Assembly: GCA_965242985.1 (NCBI GenBank)
Contig: OZ251520.1
Location: 1,794,235-1,858,234 of the forward strand
Reading direction: 5' to 3'
Length of the DNA stretch: 64,000 nucleotides
Source of the DNA: an uncultured candidatus Porisulfidus sp.
GTDB taxonomy: Bacteria > Pseudomonadota > Gammaproteobacteria > Poriferisulfidales > Poriferisulfidaceae
Shown one piece after another: positions 40,552 to 50,017 of the stretch. The translations under genes and the position numbers were made by a program. The notes below the pieces were generated by a model. It was not told the origin of the DNA and ran no database searches. It worked only from the letters and a program-made list of their open reading frames with translations. Numbering within the stretch: the first letter of the stretch is position 1; every line of letters starts with the position of its first letter.

Positions 40552-41894
40552 GCGGCGGCCGCGCCGCGCCCGGCGGCGACACCATCGCCGCGCCGGCCAC
40601 GCCGCCCGGGCGCGGCGCCTTGGCGGTGGTGCGGGCGAGCGGCCCCCTGGTGCCGGAGCTCGCCCGCGCGCTCGCGGGCGACCCCCCGCCCGAGCCGCGC
40701 CGGGCGGCGCTGCGCGCGCTGCGCGACGGCCGCGGCCGCGTCCTCGACCAGGCCGTGCTGATCCGCTACGCGGCGCCCGCCTCCGCCACCGGCGAGGACC
40801 TGCTGGAGATCTGCTGCCACGGCGCCCCGGCGGTGGTCGCGGCCGTGCTCGCCCGGCTGCGGGAGCTGGGCGCGCGCCTGGCGGAGCCCGGCGAGTTCAG
40901 CCGCCGCGCCTTCGAGGCCGGCAAGCTGGACCTGGCCCAGGCGCAGGCGGTCGCGGACCTGGCGGCCGCGACCACCGAACGCGCGGCAAGATGCGCCGCC
41001 AGGGTGCTAACAGGCGATATTTCACGGGAAATACACGCTATCTCGCAGGAAATCGTCGACATCATGGCGTATGTGGAGGGGGCGCTGGATTTCCCGGACG
41101 AGGACGTGGACTGGCTGGCGGAGCAGGATTTCGGGCCGCGGCTGCGGGCGCTGGAAGAGCGCCTCGAGGCCCTGCTGGCCCGCGCCCGCCAGGGCCGCGC
41201 GGTCGGCGCCGGCGCGCGCCTCGCGCTGCTCGGCCCGCCCAACGCCGGCAAGTCCAGCCTGCTCAACCACTTCACCGGCGCCGACACCGCGATCGTCGCC
41301 GCCGAGCCCGGCACCACCCGCGACGTGCTGGCCGCGCCGCTGCAGCTCGACGGCGTGCCGCTGCACCTGCACGACACGGCCGGCATCCGCGAGCCGGACG
41401 CGGCGGCGGAGGCCGAGGGCGTGCGCCGCAGCTGGCGGACCGCCGAGCAGGCGGACCTGGTGCTGCAGGTGTACGACGCCGCGGCCGGCTGGGGGGCGGA
41501 GGACCAGGCGCTGGCGGAGCGCCTCGCGGACCGCCCGCGGCTGGTGCTGGCCAACAAGTGCGACCTGCCGCCGGGCGGCGCCGCCGGCCCGGACGGCGCG
41601 CTGGCGCTGTCGGCGAAGACCGGCGCCGGCGTGCCCGAGCTGCGCCGGCGCATCCTCGCCGCGCTGCGGCTGGACGCGGCGCTGGAGGAGGACGAGTTCC
41701 TGGCGCACGGGCGCCAGCTCGAGGCGCTGGCGCGGGCCCGCGGCGCGCTCGCCCGGGCGCGGACGGCCGCCGGCGGGGAGCTGCTGGCGGAGGAGCTGCG
41801 CGCCGCCCGGGGGGCGCTGGGCGCGCTGATCGGGGAGTTCGCCGCCGACGACCTGCTGGACGAGATCTTCGGCCGCTTCTGCATCGGCAAGTAG
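40548..41894 (+). CDS. mnmE: tRNA modification GTPase MnmE
   Basis: DTIAAPATPPG, TGEDLLEICCHG, PGEFSRRAFEAGK, GPPNAGKSSL, GTTRD, DTAGIR, IFGRFCIGK; start inferred at CTG 40548. Confidence 0.93.
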   Translation: MSGGRAAPGGDTIAAPATPPGRGALAVVRASGPLVPELARALAGDPPPEPRRAALRALRDGRGRVLDQAVLIRYAAPASATGEDLLEICCHGAPAVVAAVLARLRELGARLAEPGEFSRRAFEAGKLDLAQAQAVADLAAATTERAARCAARVLTGDISREIHAISQEIVDIMAYVEGALDFPDEDVDWLAEQDFGPRLRALEERLEALLARARQGRAVGAGARLALLGPPNAGKSSLLNHFTGADTAIVAAEPGTTRDVLAAPLQLDGVPLHLHDTAGIREPDAAAEAEGVRRSWRTAEQADLVLQVYDAAAGWGAEDQALAERLADRPRLVLANKCDLPPGGAAGPDGALALSAKTGAGVPELRRRILAALRLDAALEEDEFLAHGRQLEALARARGALARARTAAGGELLAEELRAARGALGALIGEFAADDLLDEIFGRFCIGK

Positions 41895-41953
41895 CGCATT
41901 CACATTCCCGCAACACGGGACGGGCATGGTGCGCCTCCGGACCGACCGCCGCG

Positions 41954-42625
41954 ATGGACCTGCCCCGCCGCCTGACCGCCGAGTTCCTCGGCGCGCTGTT
42001 CCTGCTCGCCGCCGTGGTCGGCTCCGGGATCATGGCCGACGGCCTCGCCGGCGGCAACGACGCGGTCGCCCTGCTCGGCAACACGCTCGCCACCGGCGCC
42101 ATGCTGGCGGTGCTGATCCTGATCTTCGGCGGGATCTCCGGCGCCCACTTCAACCCGGCCGTGACCTTCGCTTTCCTGCTGCGCCGGGAGCTCGCGCCCG
42201 GCGCCGCCGCCGCCTACGCGGCGGCGCAGTTCGCCGGCGCCTTCGCCGGGGTGCTGCTGGCGCACCTGATGTTCGGCGAGCCCGCGCTGTCCGCGTCGCA
42301 GAACGCCCGCGCCGGGATCGGCGTGTGGACCGGCGAGCTGGTCGCCGCCTTCGGCCTGACCGCGACCATCCTCGGCTGCCTGCGCCGCCGCCCGGAGGCG
42401 CTGCCGTGGGCGGTCGGCCTGTTCATCGCCGCCGGCTACTGGTTCACCTCCTCGACCTCGTTCGCCAACCCGGCGGTGACCGCGGCGCGCGCCTTCACCG
42501 ACACCTTCACCGGCATCCGCCCGCAGGACGCGCCGATGTTCATCGTCATGCAGTTCGCCGGCGCGGCGCTGGCGGTCGCGGTGTTCGGCTGGCTGCTCGG
42601 CCGCGGCGCTCAGTCCGCCAGGTAG
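41954..42625 (+). CDS. MIP/aquaporin family channel (AqpS-like)
   Basis: AVVGSGIMA, ISGAHFNPAV, YWFTSSTSFANPAVT. Confidence 0.88.
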   Translation: MDLPRRLTAEFLGALFLLAAVVGSGIMADGLAGGNDAVALLGNTLATGAMLAVLILIFGGISGAHFNPAVTFAFLLRRELAPGAAAAYAAAQFAGAFAGVLLAHLMFGEPALSASQNARAGIGVWTGELVAAFGLTATILGCLRRRPEALPWAVGLFIAAGYWFTSSTSFANPAVTAARAFTDTFTGIRPQDAPMFIVMQFAGAALAVAVFGWLLGRGAQSAR

Positions 42626-43239
42626 GCGGCGAGCGCGGCGCGCGCCTCCTCGATCCCCAGCCCGGTCCGCGCCGACACCGCCTGCAGCGGGCGCTCCGCC
42701 CCCAGTTCGCGGCGCGCCGCGTCGAGCGCGGCGCGGCGCCGGCCCGACGGCAGCTTGTCGGCCTTGTTGAGCAGCAGGTGCAGCGGCAGCCCGGCGGCCG
42801 CGCACCAGTCCAGCAGCTGGCGGTCGGCGTCCCGCGGCGGATGGCGGATGTCCATGATCAGCACCAGCCGCGCCAGGCTGGCGCGGCGCTGCAGGTAGGC
42901 CTCCACCAGCCGCCGCCAGGACTCGCGCTCGGCGCGCGGCGCCCGCGCGTAGCCGTAGCCCGGCAGGTCCACCAGCCGGCGTTCGCCGCCCAGGTCGAAG
43001 AAGTGCAGCAGCCGGGTGCGCCCGGGCGCGGCGCCGACGCGCGCCAGCGCGCGGCGGCCGCACAGCGCGTTGATCAGGCTCGACTTGCCGACGTTGGAGC
43101 GCCCGGCGAAAGCGAGCTCCCGGCCCCGGTCCGGCGGGCAGTCGCGGAGTTCGGCGTGGCCGGACCGGTAGGCGGCGCGGCGCAGGTCGGGCGGCGCGGC
43201 GGCGGCGCGGGCGGCGGCGGGCGGCGGCGCGGCGGACAC
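42610..43239 (-). CDS. engB: Ribosome biogenesis GTPase EngB/YihA
   Basis: FAGRSNVGKSSLIN, DLPGYGY, NKAD; start uncertain. Confidence 0.93.
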   Translation of the reverse strand: MSAAPPPAAARAAAAPPDLRRAAYRSGHAELRDCPPDRGRELAFAGRSNVGKSSLINALCGRRALARVGAAPGRTRLLHFFDLGGERRLVDLPGYGYARAPRAERESWRRLVEAYLQRRASLARLVLIMDIRHPPRDADRQLLDWCAAAGLPLHLLLNKADKLPSGRRRAALDAARRELGAERPLQAVSARTGLGIEEARAALAAYLAD

Positions 43240-43310
43240 TGCGGAGACGGGGGGTGCTGGTACAATGCGCCGCGATTGTAGTGGATGCCGCGCGCGCCGC
43301 GCCGATTCGC

Positions 43311-43937
43311 ATGACCCGATTCCGCTTCTGGGCCCTCTTGGTCCCCGGCCTGCTCGCGCCGTGGGCGCTGCCGGCGGCGGGCGATCCGGAAGCCGGCCGC
43401 GCCAAGGCCGGCGTCTGCGCGGCCTGCCACGGCCCGGACGGCAACAGCGTCAACCCCGAGTGGCCGAGCCTGGCGGCCCAGGGCGCGCCCTACCTGGCGA
43501 CCCAGATGCGGCGCTTCCGCGACGGCGAGCGCGAGAACGCGCTGATGGCGCCGCTGTCGGCGGCGCTGTCCGACCAGGACATCCTCGACCTCGCGGCCTA
43601 CTACGCGGCGCAGGCGCCGAAGCTCGGCGCCGCGCGCGCCGAAGAGCCGCTGCTGCGGCTCGGCGAGACCATCTACCGCGGCGGCATCCTCGACCGGAAG
43701 GTGCCGGCGTGCATCGGCTGCCACGGCCCGGGCGGCGCCGGCAACGAGCCGGCCGAGTTCCCGCGCCTGTCCGGCCAGCACGCGGCCTACACCATGCTGC
43801 AGCTCAAATCCTTCCGCGCGGGCTTCGAGCCGCACAAGGAGCACGTCCGCCAGAACTCGATGATGAACGCCATCGCCGCGCGCCTCAGCGACCGCGAGAT
43901 CGAGGCGGTGTCGCACTACGTCTCCGGCCTGTACTGA
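43311..43937 (+). CDS. Diheme cytochrome c4
   Basis: Signal peptide plus two heme motifs CAACH and CIGCH. Confidence 0.92.
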   Translation: MTRFRFWALLVPGLLAPWALPAAGDPEAGRAKAGVCAACHGPDGNSVNPEWPSLAAQGAPYLATQMRRFRDGERENALMAPLSAALSDQDILDLAAYYAAQAPKLGAARAEEPLLRLGETIYRGGILDRKVPACIGCHGPGGAGNEPAEFPRLSGQHAAYTMLQLKSFRAGFEPHKEHVRQNSMMNAIAARLSDREIEAVSHYVSGLY

Positions 43938-44587
43938 TGCGCCGCGCGCTCCTCGCCGCTTTCGCCTGGGCGCTGGCCGCGGCCGCCCACGCCGACCAGC
44001 CGGACGGCGAAGACGGCGCGGCGGAGCCGCGGTACCGGGCCGACGCACACTACGCGGTCCTCGCCGAACCCGACGCGGCGCCGGCGGACGCCGGCGCCCT
44101 GCCGGAGGTGCTCGACTTCTTCTGGTACGGCTGCCCGCACTGCTTCCGGCTCGAGCCGCACCTCGCCGCGTGGACCGAACAGCGCGCGGACGCCGTGCGG
44201 GTGCGGCACGTCCCGGCGGTGTTCAGCAAGCGCTGGGTGCCGGGGGCGCGGCTGTACTACGCGCTCGAGGAACTGGGGCGGACCGACCTGCACGCCGCGG
44301 TGTTCCGCCTGCGGCACGAGCAGGGGCGGAAGCTCCAGAGCGCCGACGGCATCGCCCGCATGCTGGAGCCGTTCGGGGTGGAGCCGGCGGCGTTCGCCGC
44401 CGCGTTCCGCGGCGAGGCGGTCAACGGGAAGATGGCGGCCTCCGAGGAGCTCCCCAAGCACTACGGCATCACCGGCGTCCCGGCGCTGGTGGTGGCCGGG
44501 CGCTACCTGGTCACCACCGGCCACGCCGGCGGCGACTATCCCGAGATGCTGGCCATCGCCGGCTGGCTGCTCGAACGCCGGCCCTGA
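43937..44587 (+). CDS. dsbA: Thiol:disulfide interchange protein DsbA
   Basis: FFWYGCPHC, ITGVPALVVAGRY; TGATG overlap with cytochrome c4. Confidence 0.92.
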   Translation: MRRALLAAFAWALAAAAHADQPDGEDGAAEPRYRADAHYAVLAEPDAAPADAGALPEVLDFFWYGCPHCFRLEPHLAAWTEQRADAVRVRHVPAVFSKRWVPGARLYYALEELGRTDLHAAVFRLRHEQGRKLQSADGIARMLEPFGVEPAAFAAAFRGEAVNGKMAASEELPKHYGITGVPALVVAGRYLVTTGHAGGDYPEMLAIAGWLLERRP

Positions 44588-44618
44588 ACCCGCGGCCGGC
44601 CGCGCCGCCGGCGCACGC

Positions 44619-44654
44619 AAAAAAAAAACGGGCGGATGATGCTTCATCCGCCCG
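44619..44654 (-). terminator. Rho-independent terminator for a minus-strand transcript
   Basis: 11-bp perfect stem CGGGCGGATGA/TCATCCGCCCG with 4-nt loop; A10 tract at 44619-44628 gives a U10 tail on the minus strand. Confidence 0.85.
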
Positions 44655-44759
44655 CCTCACTAACCACCAACTAGGAGTAAGGTGGGACGGCCTTTATCAG
44701 AGAGGGCTAGAAAGGCCGCCCCCGCGACGGCCGACAGGGGATCGGCGCATTCGCGTTGG
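44619..44759 (-). ncRNA. Candidate ~140-nt sRNA (Spot 42/ErsA-like position)
   Basis: Lies between a sigmaE-like promoter and an intrinsic terminator; two stem-loops with pyrimidine-rich loops; no convincing minus-strand ORF. Confidence 0.5.
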
Positions 44760-44764
44760 GTTAT

Positions 44765-44793
44765 TGTGACCGAACGGAAGCCGGAAAAGTTCC
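44765..44793 (-). promoter_or_regulatory. sigmaE/AlgU-like promoter (GGAACTT-16 bp-GTCACA)
   Basis: -35 at 44787-44793 and -10 at 44765-44770 on the minus strand; matches the RpoE consensus GGAACTT-N15/16-GTCxAA with one -10 mismatch. Confidence 0.6.
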
Positions 44794-44863
44794 GCCGCGC
44801 TGCCAGCACTTGCGGGACGCGCTTGGTAGAATCGCCGCCCGCCGCCCGCACCGGAACCCCCGC

Positions 44864-45274
44864 GTGGCCCGCCGCACGCCGACCCTGCAGGACATCGCCG
44901 ACCTGGCCGAGCGCGCCTGGGCCGGGATCCCGCGCCGCCTGGCGAAGCACGCCGAGGCGGTGTCGATCCGGGTCGAGGACCTGCCGGACGAAGACGTGTG
45001 CCGGGAGATGGAGCTCGACAGCCCCTACGACCTGCTCGGCCTGTACCAGGGCGTGAGCCTGGCCGAGAAGTCGGTGGCCGACTGGCCGCAGGCGCCGGAC
45101 CTGGTGTTCCTCTACCGCAAGCCGCTCCTGGCGCAGTGGGCGGAGGACGGCGGCAGCCTCGCCTGCCTGGTGCGCGAGGTGCTGCTGCACGAGATCGGCC
45201 ACCACTTCGGCTTCTCCGACGACGACATGGAGCGCATCTGCGCCGAGGCCCGGCGCGAGGCGCGGCGCGGCTAG
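44864..45274 (+). CDS. Zincin-like metallopeptidase family protein
   Basis: YDLLGLYQG, LYRKPL, VLLHEIGHHFG (HExxH); GTG start at 44864. Confidence 0.88.
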   Translation: MARRTPTLQDIADLAERAWAGIPRRLAKHAEAVSIRVEDLPDEDVCREMELDSPYDLLGLYQGVSLAEKSVADWPQAPDLVFLYRKPLLAQWAEDGGSLACLVREVLLHEIGHHFGFSDDDMERICAEARREARRG

Positions 45275-47976
45275 CCGCGCGCCTCCTCCCAGTTCGGCCC
45301 GACCCCGGCGTCGACCACCAGCGGCACCCGCAGCTCGGCGGCCGCCTCCATCCGCGCGCGCGTCGCCGCGGCCACGGCCGCGGCCTGCTCCGCCGGCGCC
45401 TCCAGCACCAGCTCGTCGTGCACCTGCAGCAGCAGCCGGCAGTCCGGCCAGTCCCGCTCCAGCTCGGCGTGCAGGTCGATCATGGCGCGCTTGATGACGT
45501 CGGCCGCGGTGCCCTGCATGGGCGCGTTGATCGCCGTGCGCTCGGCGTACTGGCGGCGGTTGCGGTCGCGCGCGCGGATGTCCGGCAGGTACAGCCGCCG
45601 GCCCCAGACGGTCTCCACGAAGCCGCGCTCGCGCGCCTGCGCCCGGGTGCGGTCCATGTATTCCCGCACTTTCGGGTAGCGCGCGAAGTAGGCGTCGACG
45701 TAGGCCTCGGCCTCGGGCCGGGCGCAGCCGAGCTGCTTCGCCAGCCCGAACGGGCTCATGCCGTACATGAGGCCGAAGTTGATCGCCTTGGCGGCGCGGC
45801 GCTGCGCGGAGGTCACCGCCGCCGGCGCGGCCCCGAACACCTCGGCGGCGGTGGCGCGGTGCACGTCGGCGCCGGCCGCGAACGCGGCGCGCAGCGCCGG
45901 GTCGCCGGAGATGTGGGCCATGATGCGCAGCTCGATCTGCGAGTAGTCGGCGGCCACCAGCGCGCGGCCGGGCGCGGCGACGAAGGCGCGCCGCACGCGC
46001 CGGCCCTGCTCGGTGCGGATCGGGATGTTCTGCAGGTTGGGGTCGGAGGAGGACAGCCGCCCGGTGGCGGTGCCGGCCTGGTGGAAGGAGGTGTGCAGGC
46101 GCCCGGTGTCGGGGTGCAGCATCTGCGGCAGCTTGCGCAGGTAGGTGGACAGCAGCTTGGCGCGCTGGCGGTGCTCCAGGAGCATGCGCGGCAACTCGTC
46201 CCGCTTGGCCAGCTCCTCGAGCACGTCCTCGGCGGTGGAGGGAGCGCCGGTCGGCGTCTTGCGCAGCGGCGCGAGCCCGCGCTCCGCGAACAGCACCTGC
46301 TGCAGGTCGCGCGGGGCGTTCAGGTTGAACTCGCGCCCGCAGACCGCGAAGATGCGCTCCCGCAGCTCCTCCTGCGCCGCGTCCAGCTCCGCGGTCTGCG
46401 CCGCCAGCGCCGGCACGTCGAGCGCCACCCCGGCGCGCTCCATCGCGCCCAGCACCGCCGCCAGCGGCAGCTCCAGCTCGCGGTACAGCCGCAGCAGCGC
46501 GGGCTCGCCCTGCAGCCGCGGCCACAGGCGCCGGTGCAGGCGCAGGGTCATGTCGGCGTCCTCGGCCGCGTACGGCGCGGCGCGCGCCAGCGGCACCGCG
46601 TCGAAGCTCACCTGCTTGCGCCCGCTGCCCGCCACCTCGGCATAGCGGGTGGTCTCCTCGTTCAGGTACACCCGCGCCAGGTCGTCCAGGTTGTGGCGCG
46701 GCGCGCCGCCCGGCGCCGAGTGCAGCACGTAGGACTCGAGCATGCTGTCGTGCACCGGCCCGGCCAGTTCGACGCCGGCGCGCGCCAAGACGGCGCGGTC
46801 GTACTTCAGGTGGTGGCCGAGCTTGGTCATCTCCGGGTCGGCCAAGAGCGGGCCGAGCGCGGCCAGCGCCGTTTCCCGCGGCAACTGCGGCGGGTCCTGC
46901 GGGTCGGTGTGCCCGAACGGCACGTAGGCGGCGCGCCCCGGCGCCGTCGCCAGCGACACGCCGACCAGCTCGGCGCGGTTCGGGTCGACCGAGGTGGTCT
47001 CGGTGTCGACCGCGAACACGCCCGCGGCGCGCGCCCGGGCCACCCAGTCGGCGAGCGCGGCCTCGTCCCGCACCAGCGCGTAGTCGCGCACCGTGGCGGC
47101 GCCCTCCTCCGGCGCGCCGGCGTTCAGCTCCTTCCAGAACTGCCGCAGGCCGTACTCCTCGTACAGCTCGCGCAGCGCGTCGCGGTCGGGCGCGCCGGGC
47201 GCCAGCGCGGCCAGCGGCGTGTCCAGCTCCAGGTCGCAGCGGATAGTGACCAGCTCCGCGTACAGCGGCAGCCGCTCGAGGCTGTCGCGCAACTGCTGCC
47301 CGACCGCGCCCGCGATCTCCGCCGCGTGCTCGACCACGCCGGCCAGCGAGCCGTAGCGCCGCAGCCAGCGCGCCGCGGTCTTCGGCCCGACCTTGGGCAC
47401 GCCGGGGACGTTGTCGGCGGCGTCGCCGGCCAGCGTCAGGTAGTCGACGATGCGCTCCGGCGGCACCTGGAACTTGCGCTCCACCCCGGCCGCGTCCAGC
47501 GGCTCCTTGTCGGCGTCGGCCAGCGCCACGCCGCCGCCGACCAGCTGCGCCATGTCCTTGTCGGCCGAGAGGATGACCACCGCCAGCCCCGCCTCGCGGC
47601 CCTGCCGCGCCAGGGTGCCGATGACGTCGTCGGCCTCGACCCCCGGCACGCGCAGCAGCGGCAGGCCGAGCGCGGCGATGATCCGGCACAGCGGGTCGAT
47701 CTGCGCGCGCAGCTCCGGGTCCATCGGCGGCCGGTTGGCCTTGTACGCGGGATACAGCTCGTGGCGGAAGTTCTTCCCCGGCGCGTCCAGCACCACCGCC
47801 ACCCGCTCCGGGCGGACGCGGCGCAGCTGCTTCTGGATGGTGTTGACCGCGCCGTACAGCGCGCCGGTCGGCCGCCCGTGGTGGTCGGTGAAGCGGGCGT
47901 GCACGTGGTGCGCCCGGTGCAGGTACACCGAGGCGTCGACCAGAAGCAGCCCGGGGCGCGCAGGAGTGTCCGCCAT
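45271..47976 (-). CDS. polA: DNA polymerase I
   Basis: LVDAS, GVEADDVIG, GDAADNVPGV, DTET, TGRLSSSDPNLQNIP, DYSQIELR, AKAINFG, LQVHDEL. Confidence 0.98.
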   Translation of the reverse strand: MADTPARPGLLLVDASVYLHRAHHVHARFTDHHGRPTGALYGAVNTIQKQLRRVRPERVAVVLDAPGKNFRHELYPAYKANRPPMDPELRAQIDPLCRIIAALGLPLLRVPGVEADDVIGTLARQGREAGLAVVILSADKDMAQLVGGGVALADADKEPLDAAGVERKFQVPPERIVDYLTLAGDAADNVPGVPKVGPKTAARWLRRYGSLAGVVEHAAEIAGAVGQQLRDSLERLPLYAELVTIRCDLELDTPLAALAPGAPDRDALRELYEEYGLRQFWKELNAGAPEEGAATVRDYALVRDEAALADWVARARAAGVFAVDTETTSVDPNRAELVGVSLATAPGRAAYVPFGHTDPQDPPQLPRETALAALGPLLADPEMTKLGHHLKYDRAVLARAGVELAGPVHDSMLESYVLHSAPGGAPRHNLDDLARVYLNEETTRYAEVAGSGRKQVSFDAVPLARAAPYAAEDADMTLRLHRRLWPRLQGEPALLRLYRELELPLAAVLGAMERAGVALDVPALAAQTAELDAAQEELRERIFAVCGREFNLNAPRDLQQVLFAERGLAPLRKTPTGAPSTAEDVLEELAKRDELPRMLLEHRQRAKLLSTYLRKLPQMLHPDTGRLHTSFHQAGTATGRLSSSDPNLQNIPIRTEQGRRVRRAFVAAPGRALVAADYSQIELRIMAHISGDPALRAAFAAGADVHRATAAEVFGAAPAAVTSAQRRAAKAINFGLMYGMSPFGLAKQLGCARPEAEAYVDAYFARYPKVREYMDRTRAQARERGFVETVWGRRLYLPDIRARDRNRRQYAERTAINAPMQGTAADVIKRAMIDLHAELERDWPDCRLLLQVHDELVLEAPAEQAAAVAAATRARMEAAAELRVPLVVDAGVGPNWEEARG

Positions 47977-48107
47977 GCTGGGGGGCGGATCGTGATCCGC
48001 CGCCCGATTATAGGGGGCGGTGGTACGATACGCGCCGCCGCCCGCCGCGCGGCGCGCTTCCCGCCCCCGCTCCGCCCGTCCGCCGCCGGCGCCCCCCACG
48101 CCGAACC

Positions 48108-48620
48108 ATGTCCGCGCTGGCCGCCGTCGACCGCGCCCTGAGCGCGCTGTGCGCCTGGGTCGGGCGCGCGGTGTCCTGGCTGGTGGTCGGCATGGTGGCG
48201 CTGACCTTCGCGGTGGTGGTGCTGCGCTACGGCTTCAACTTCGGCCGCATCTACCTGCAGGAGCTGATCACCTACCTGCACGCCGCGGTGTTCATGCTGG
48301 CGGCGGCCTGGACCCTGCAGCAGGACGGCCACGTGCGGGTCGACGCCTTCTACCGCCGCATGGCGCCGCGCCGCCAGTCCCTGGTCAACCTGCTCGGCAC
48401 CCTGCTGCTGCTGCTGCCGACCGCCGGCACCCTGCTGTGGTTCTCGCACGGCTACGTGGAGCAGGCCTGGGCGCTGCGCGAGGGCTCGCGCGAGGCCGAC
48501 GGGCTGCCGTTCCTGTACGTGCTGAAGACGGCGATCCCGCTGGCCGCGGGCCTGCTCGCGCTGCAGGGCGTCGCGGCCGCCTGCCGCCACCTGCGCGAAC
48601 TGCTGGAGCCGCGCCCGTGA
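48108..48620 (+). CDS. TRAP transporter small permease (FcbT2/DctQ type)
   Basis: VVVLRYGF, LQELITYLH, HVRVD, four TM segments. Confidence 0.92.
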   Translation: MSALAAVDRALSALCAWVGRAVSWLVVGMVALTFAVVVLRYGFNFGRIYLQELITYLHAAVFMLAAAWTLQQDGHVRVDAFYRRMAPRRQSLVNLLGTLLLLLPTAGTLLWFSHGYVEQAWALREGSREADGLPFLYVLKTAIPLAAGLLALQGVAAACRHLRELLEPRP

Positions 48621-49987
48621 TCTGGCCGGCGCTGCTGTTCGGGCTGGCCATCCTCGCGCTGATGGCCGGCTACCCGGTGGCGTTCACCCTGGCCGGGGTG
48701 TCGCTGGCGGTGGCCGGCGCCGCGCACCTGGCCGGCGCCTTCGACTTCGGCCTGCTGTTCAGCCTGCCGTCGCGCACCTTCGGCATCATGGTCAACGACA
48801 TCCTGATCGCGGTGCCGCTGTTCGTGTTCATGGGCGTGATGCTGCAGCGCTCGCACGTGGCCGAGGACCTGCTGTCGGCGATGGACCACCTGTGCGGCCC
48901 GCTGCCGGGCGGCCTCGGCCTGTCGGTGCTCTTGGTCGGCGCGCTCTTGGCGGCCAGCACCGGCATCGTCGGCGCCACCGTGGTGACCCTGGGCCTGCTG
49001 GCGCTGCCCGGCATGCTGCGGCGCGGCTACGACCCGGCGGTCGCCTGCGGCACCATCTGCGCCTCCGGCACCCTGGGGCAGATCGTGCCGCCGTCGATCG
49101 TGCTGGTGCTGCTCGGCGACGTGATGTCGACCGCCTACCAGAAGGCGCAGCTCGACCAGGGGCTGTTCGCGCTGCAGACGGTGTCGGTGGCGGACCTGTT
49201 CGTCGGCGCCATCCTGCCGAGCCTGGCGCTGGTCGGCATGTACCTGGTGTACCTGATGTACCGCGCCTGGCGCCACCCCGACCTGCTGCCGCCGACGCCG
49301 CCGCGCGAGAAGCACGCCTGGACCGTGGCCGAGGCGACGCTGATGCTGACGGCGCCGCTGGCGCTGATCGCGGCCGTGCTCGGCAGCATCATGGCGGGGC
49401 TGGCGACGCCGACCGAGGCCGCCTCGCTGGGCGCGGTCGGCAGCGTGCTGCTGGCGCTCCGGCGCGGGCCGATCCCGTGGCGCGAGCTGCGCGCGGTGGC
49501 GCAGCAGACCGCGCACATCTCCAGCATGGTGTTCCTGGTGCTGATCGGCGCCTCGGTGTTCTCGCTGGTGTTCCGCGGCCTCGGCGGCGACGACCTGGTG
49601 CACGCCTGGCTCGGCGGCCTGCCCGGCGGCGTGGTCGGCGCGGTGGCGATGGTGATGCTGCTGATGTTCCTGCTCGGCTTCGTGCTGGACTTCATCGAGA
49701 TCACCTACGTGGTGGTGCCGCTGGTGGGGCCGGTGCTGCTGATGATGGGCCTGGACCCGGTGTGGCTGGGGGTGATGATCGCGATCAACCTGCAGACCTC
49801 GTTCCTGACCCCGCCGTTCGGCTTCTCGCTGTTCTACCTGCGCGGGGTGGCGCCGGCGTCGGTCGACACGCCGCAGATCTACCGCGGCGTGCTGCCGTTC
49901 ATCGGCATGCAGCTGGCGATGCTGCTGCTGCTGGCGCTGTGGCCGGAGCTGGCCACTTGGCTGCCGGCGGTGGTGTTCGGGCGCTGA
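48617..49987 (+). CDS. TRAP transporter large permease (FcbT3/DctM type)
   Basis: AVPLFVFMG, LLAASTGIVGATV, SGTLGQIVPPS, TPTEAA, NLQTSFLTPPFG. Confidence 0.93.
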   Translation: MIWPALLFGLAILALMAGYPVAFTLAGVSLAVAGAAHLAGAFDFGLLFSLPSRTFGIMVNDILIAVPLFVFMGVMLQRSHVAEDLLSAMDHLCGPLPGGLGLSVLLVGALLAASTGIVGATVVTLGLLALPGMLRRGYDPAVACGTICASGTLGQIVPPSIVLVLLGDVMSTAYQKAQLDQGLFALQTVSVADLFVGAILPSLALVGMYLVYLMYRAWRHPDLLPPTPPREKHAWTVAEATLMLTAPLALIAAVLGSIMAGLATPTEAASLGAVGSVLLALRRGPIPWRELRAVAQQTAHISSMVFLVLIGASVFSLVFRGLGGDDLVHAWLGGLPGGVVGAVAMVMLLMFLLGFVLDFIEITYVVVPLVGPVLLMMGLDPVWLGVMIAINLQTSFLTPPFGFSLFYLRGVAPASVDTPQIYRGVLPFIGMQLAMLLLLALWPELATWLPAVVFGR

Positions 49988-50017
49988 GGACTATCTAGGC
50001 GGACGCATCCCGCGCCG

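Noticed and set aside
44682-45056. + strand ORF with AGGAG 4 nt before GTG
   Set aside because: Short SD spacing, low-complexity product and out-of-frame overlap with the metallopeptidase; better explained as the antisense of the sRNA loop.
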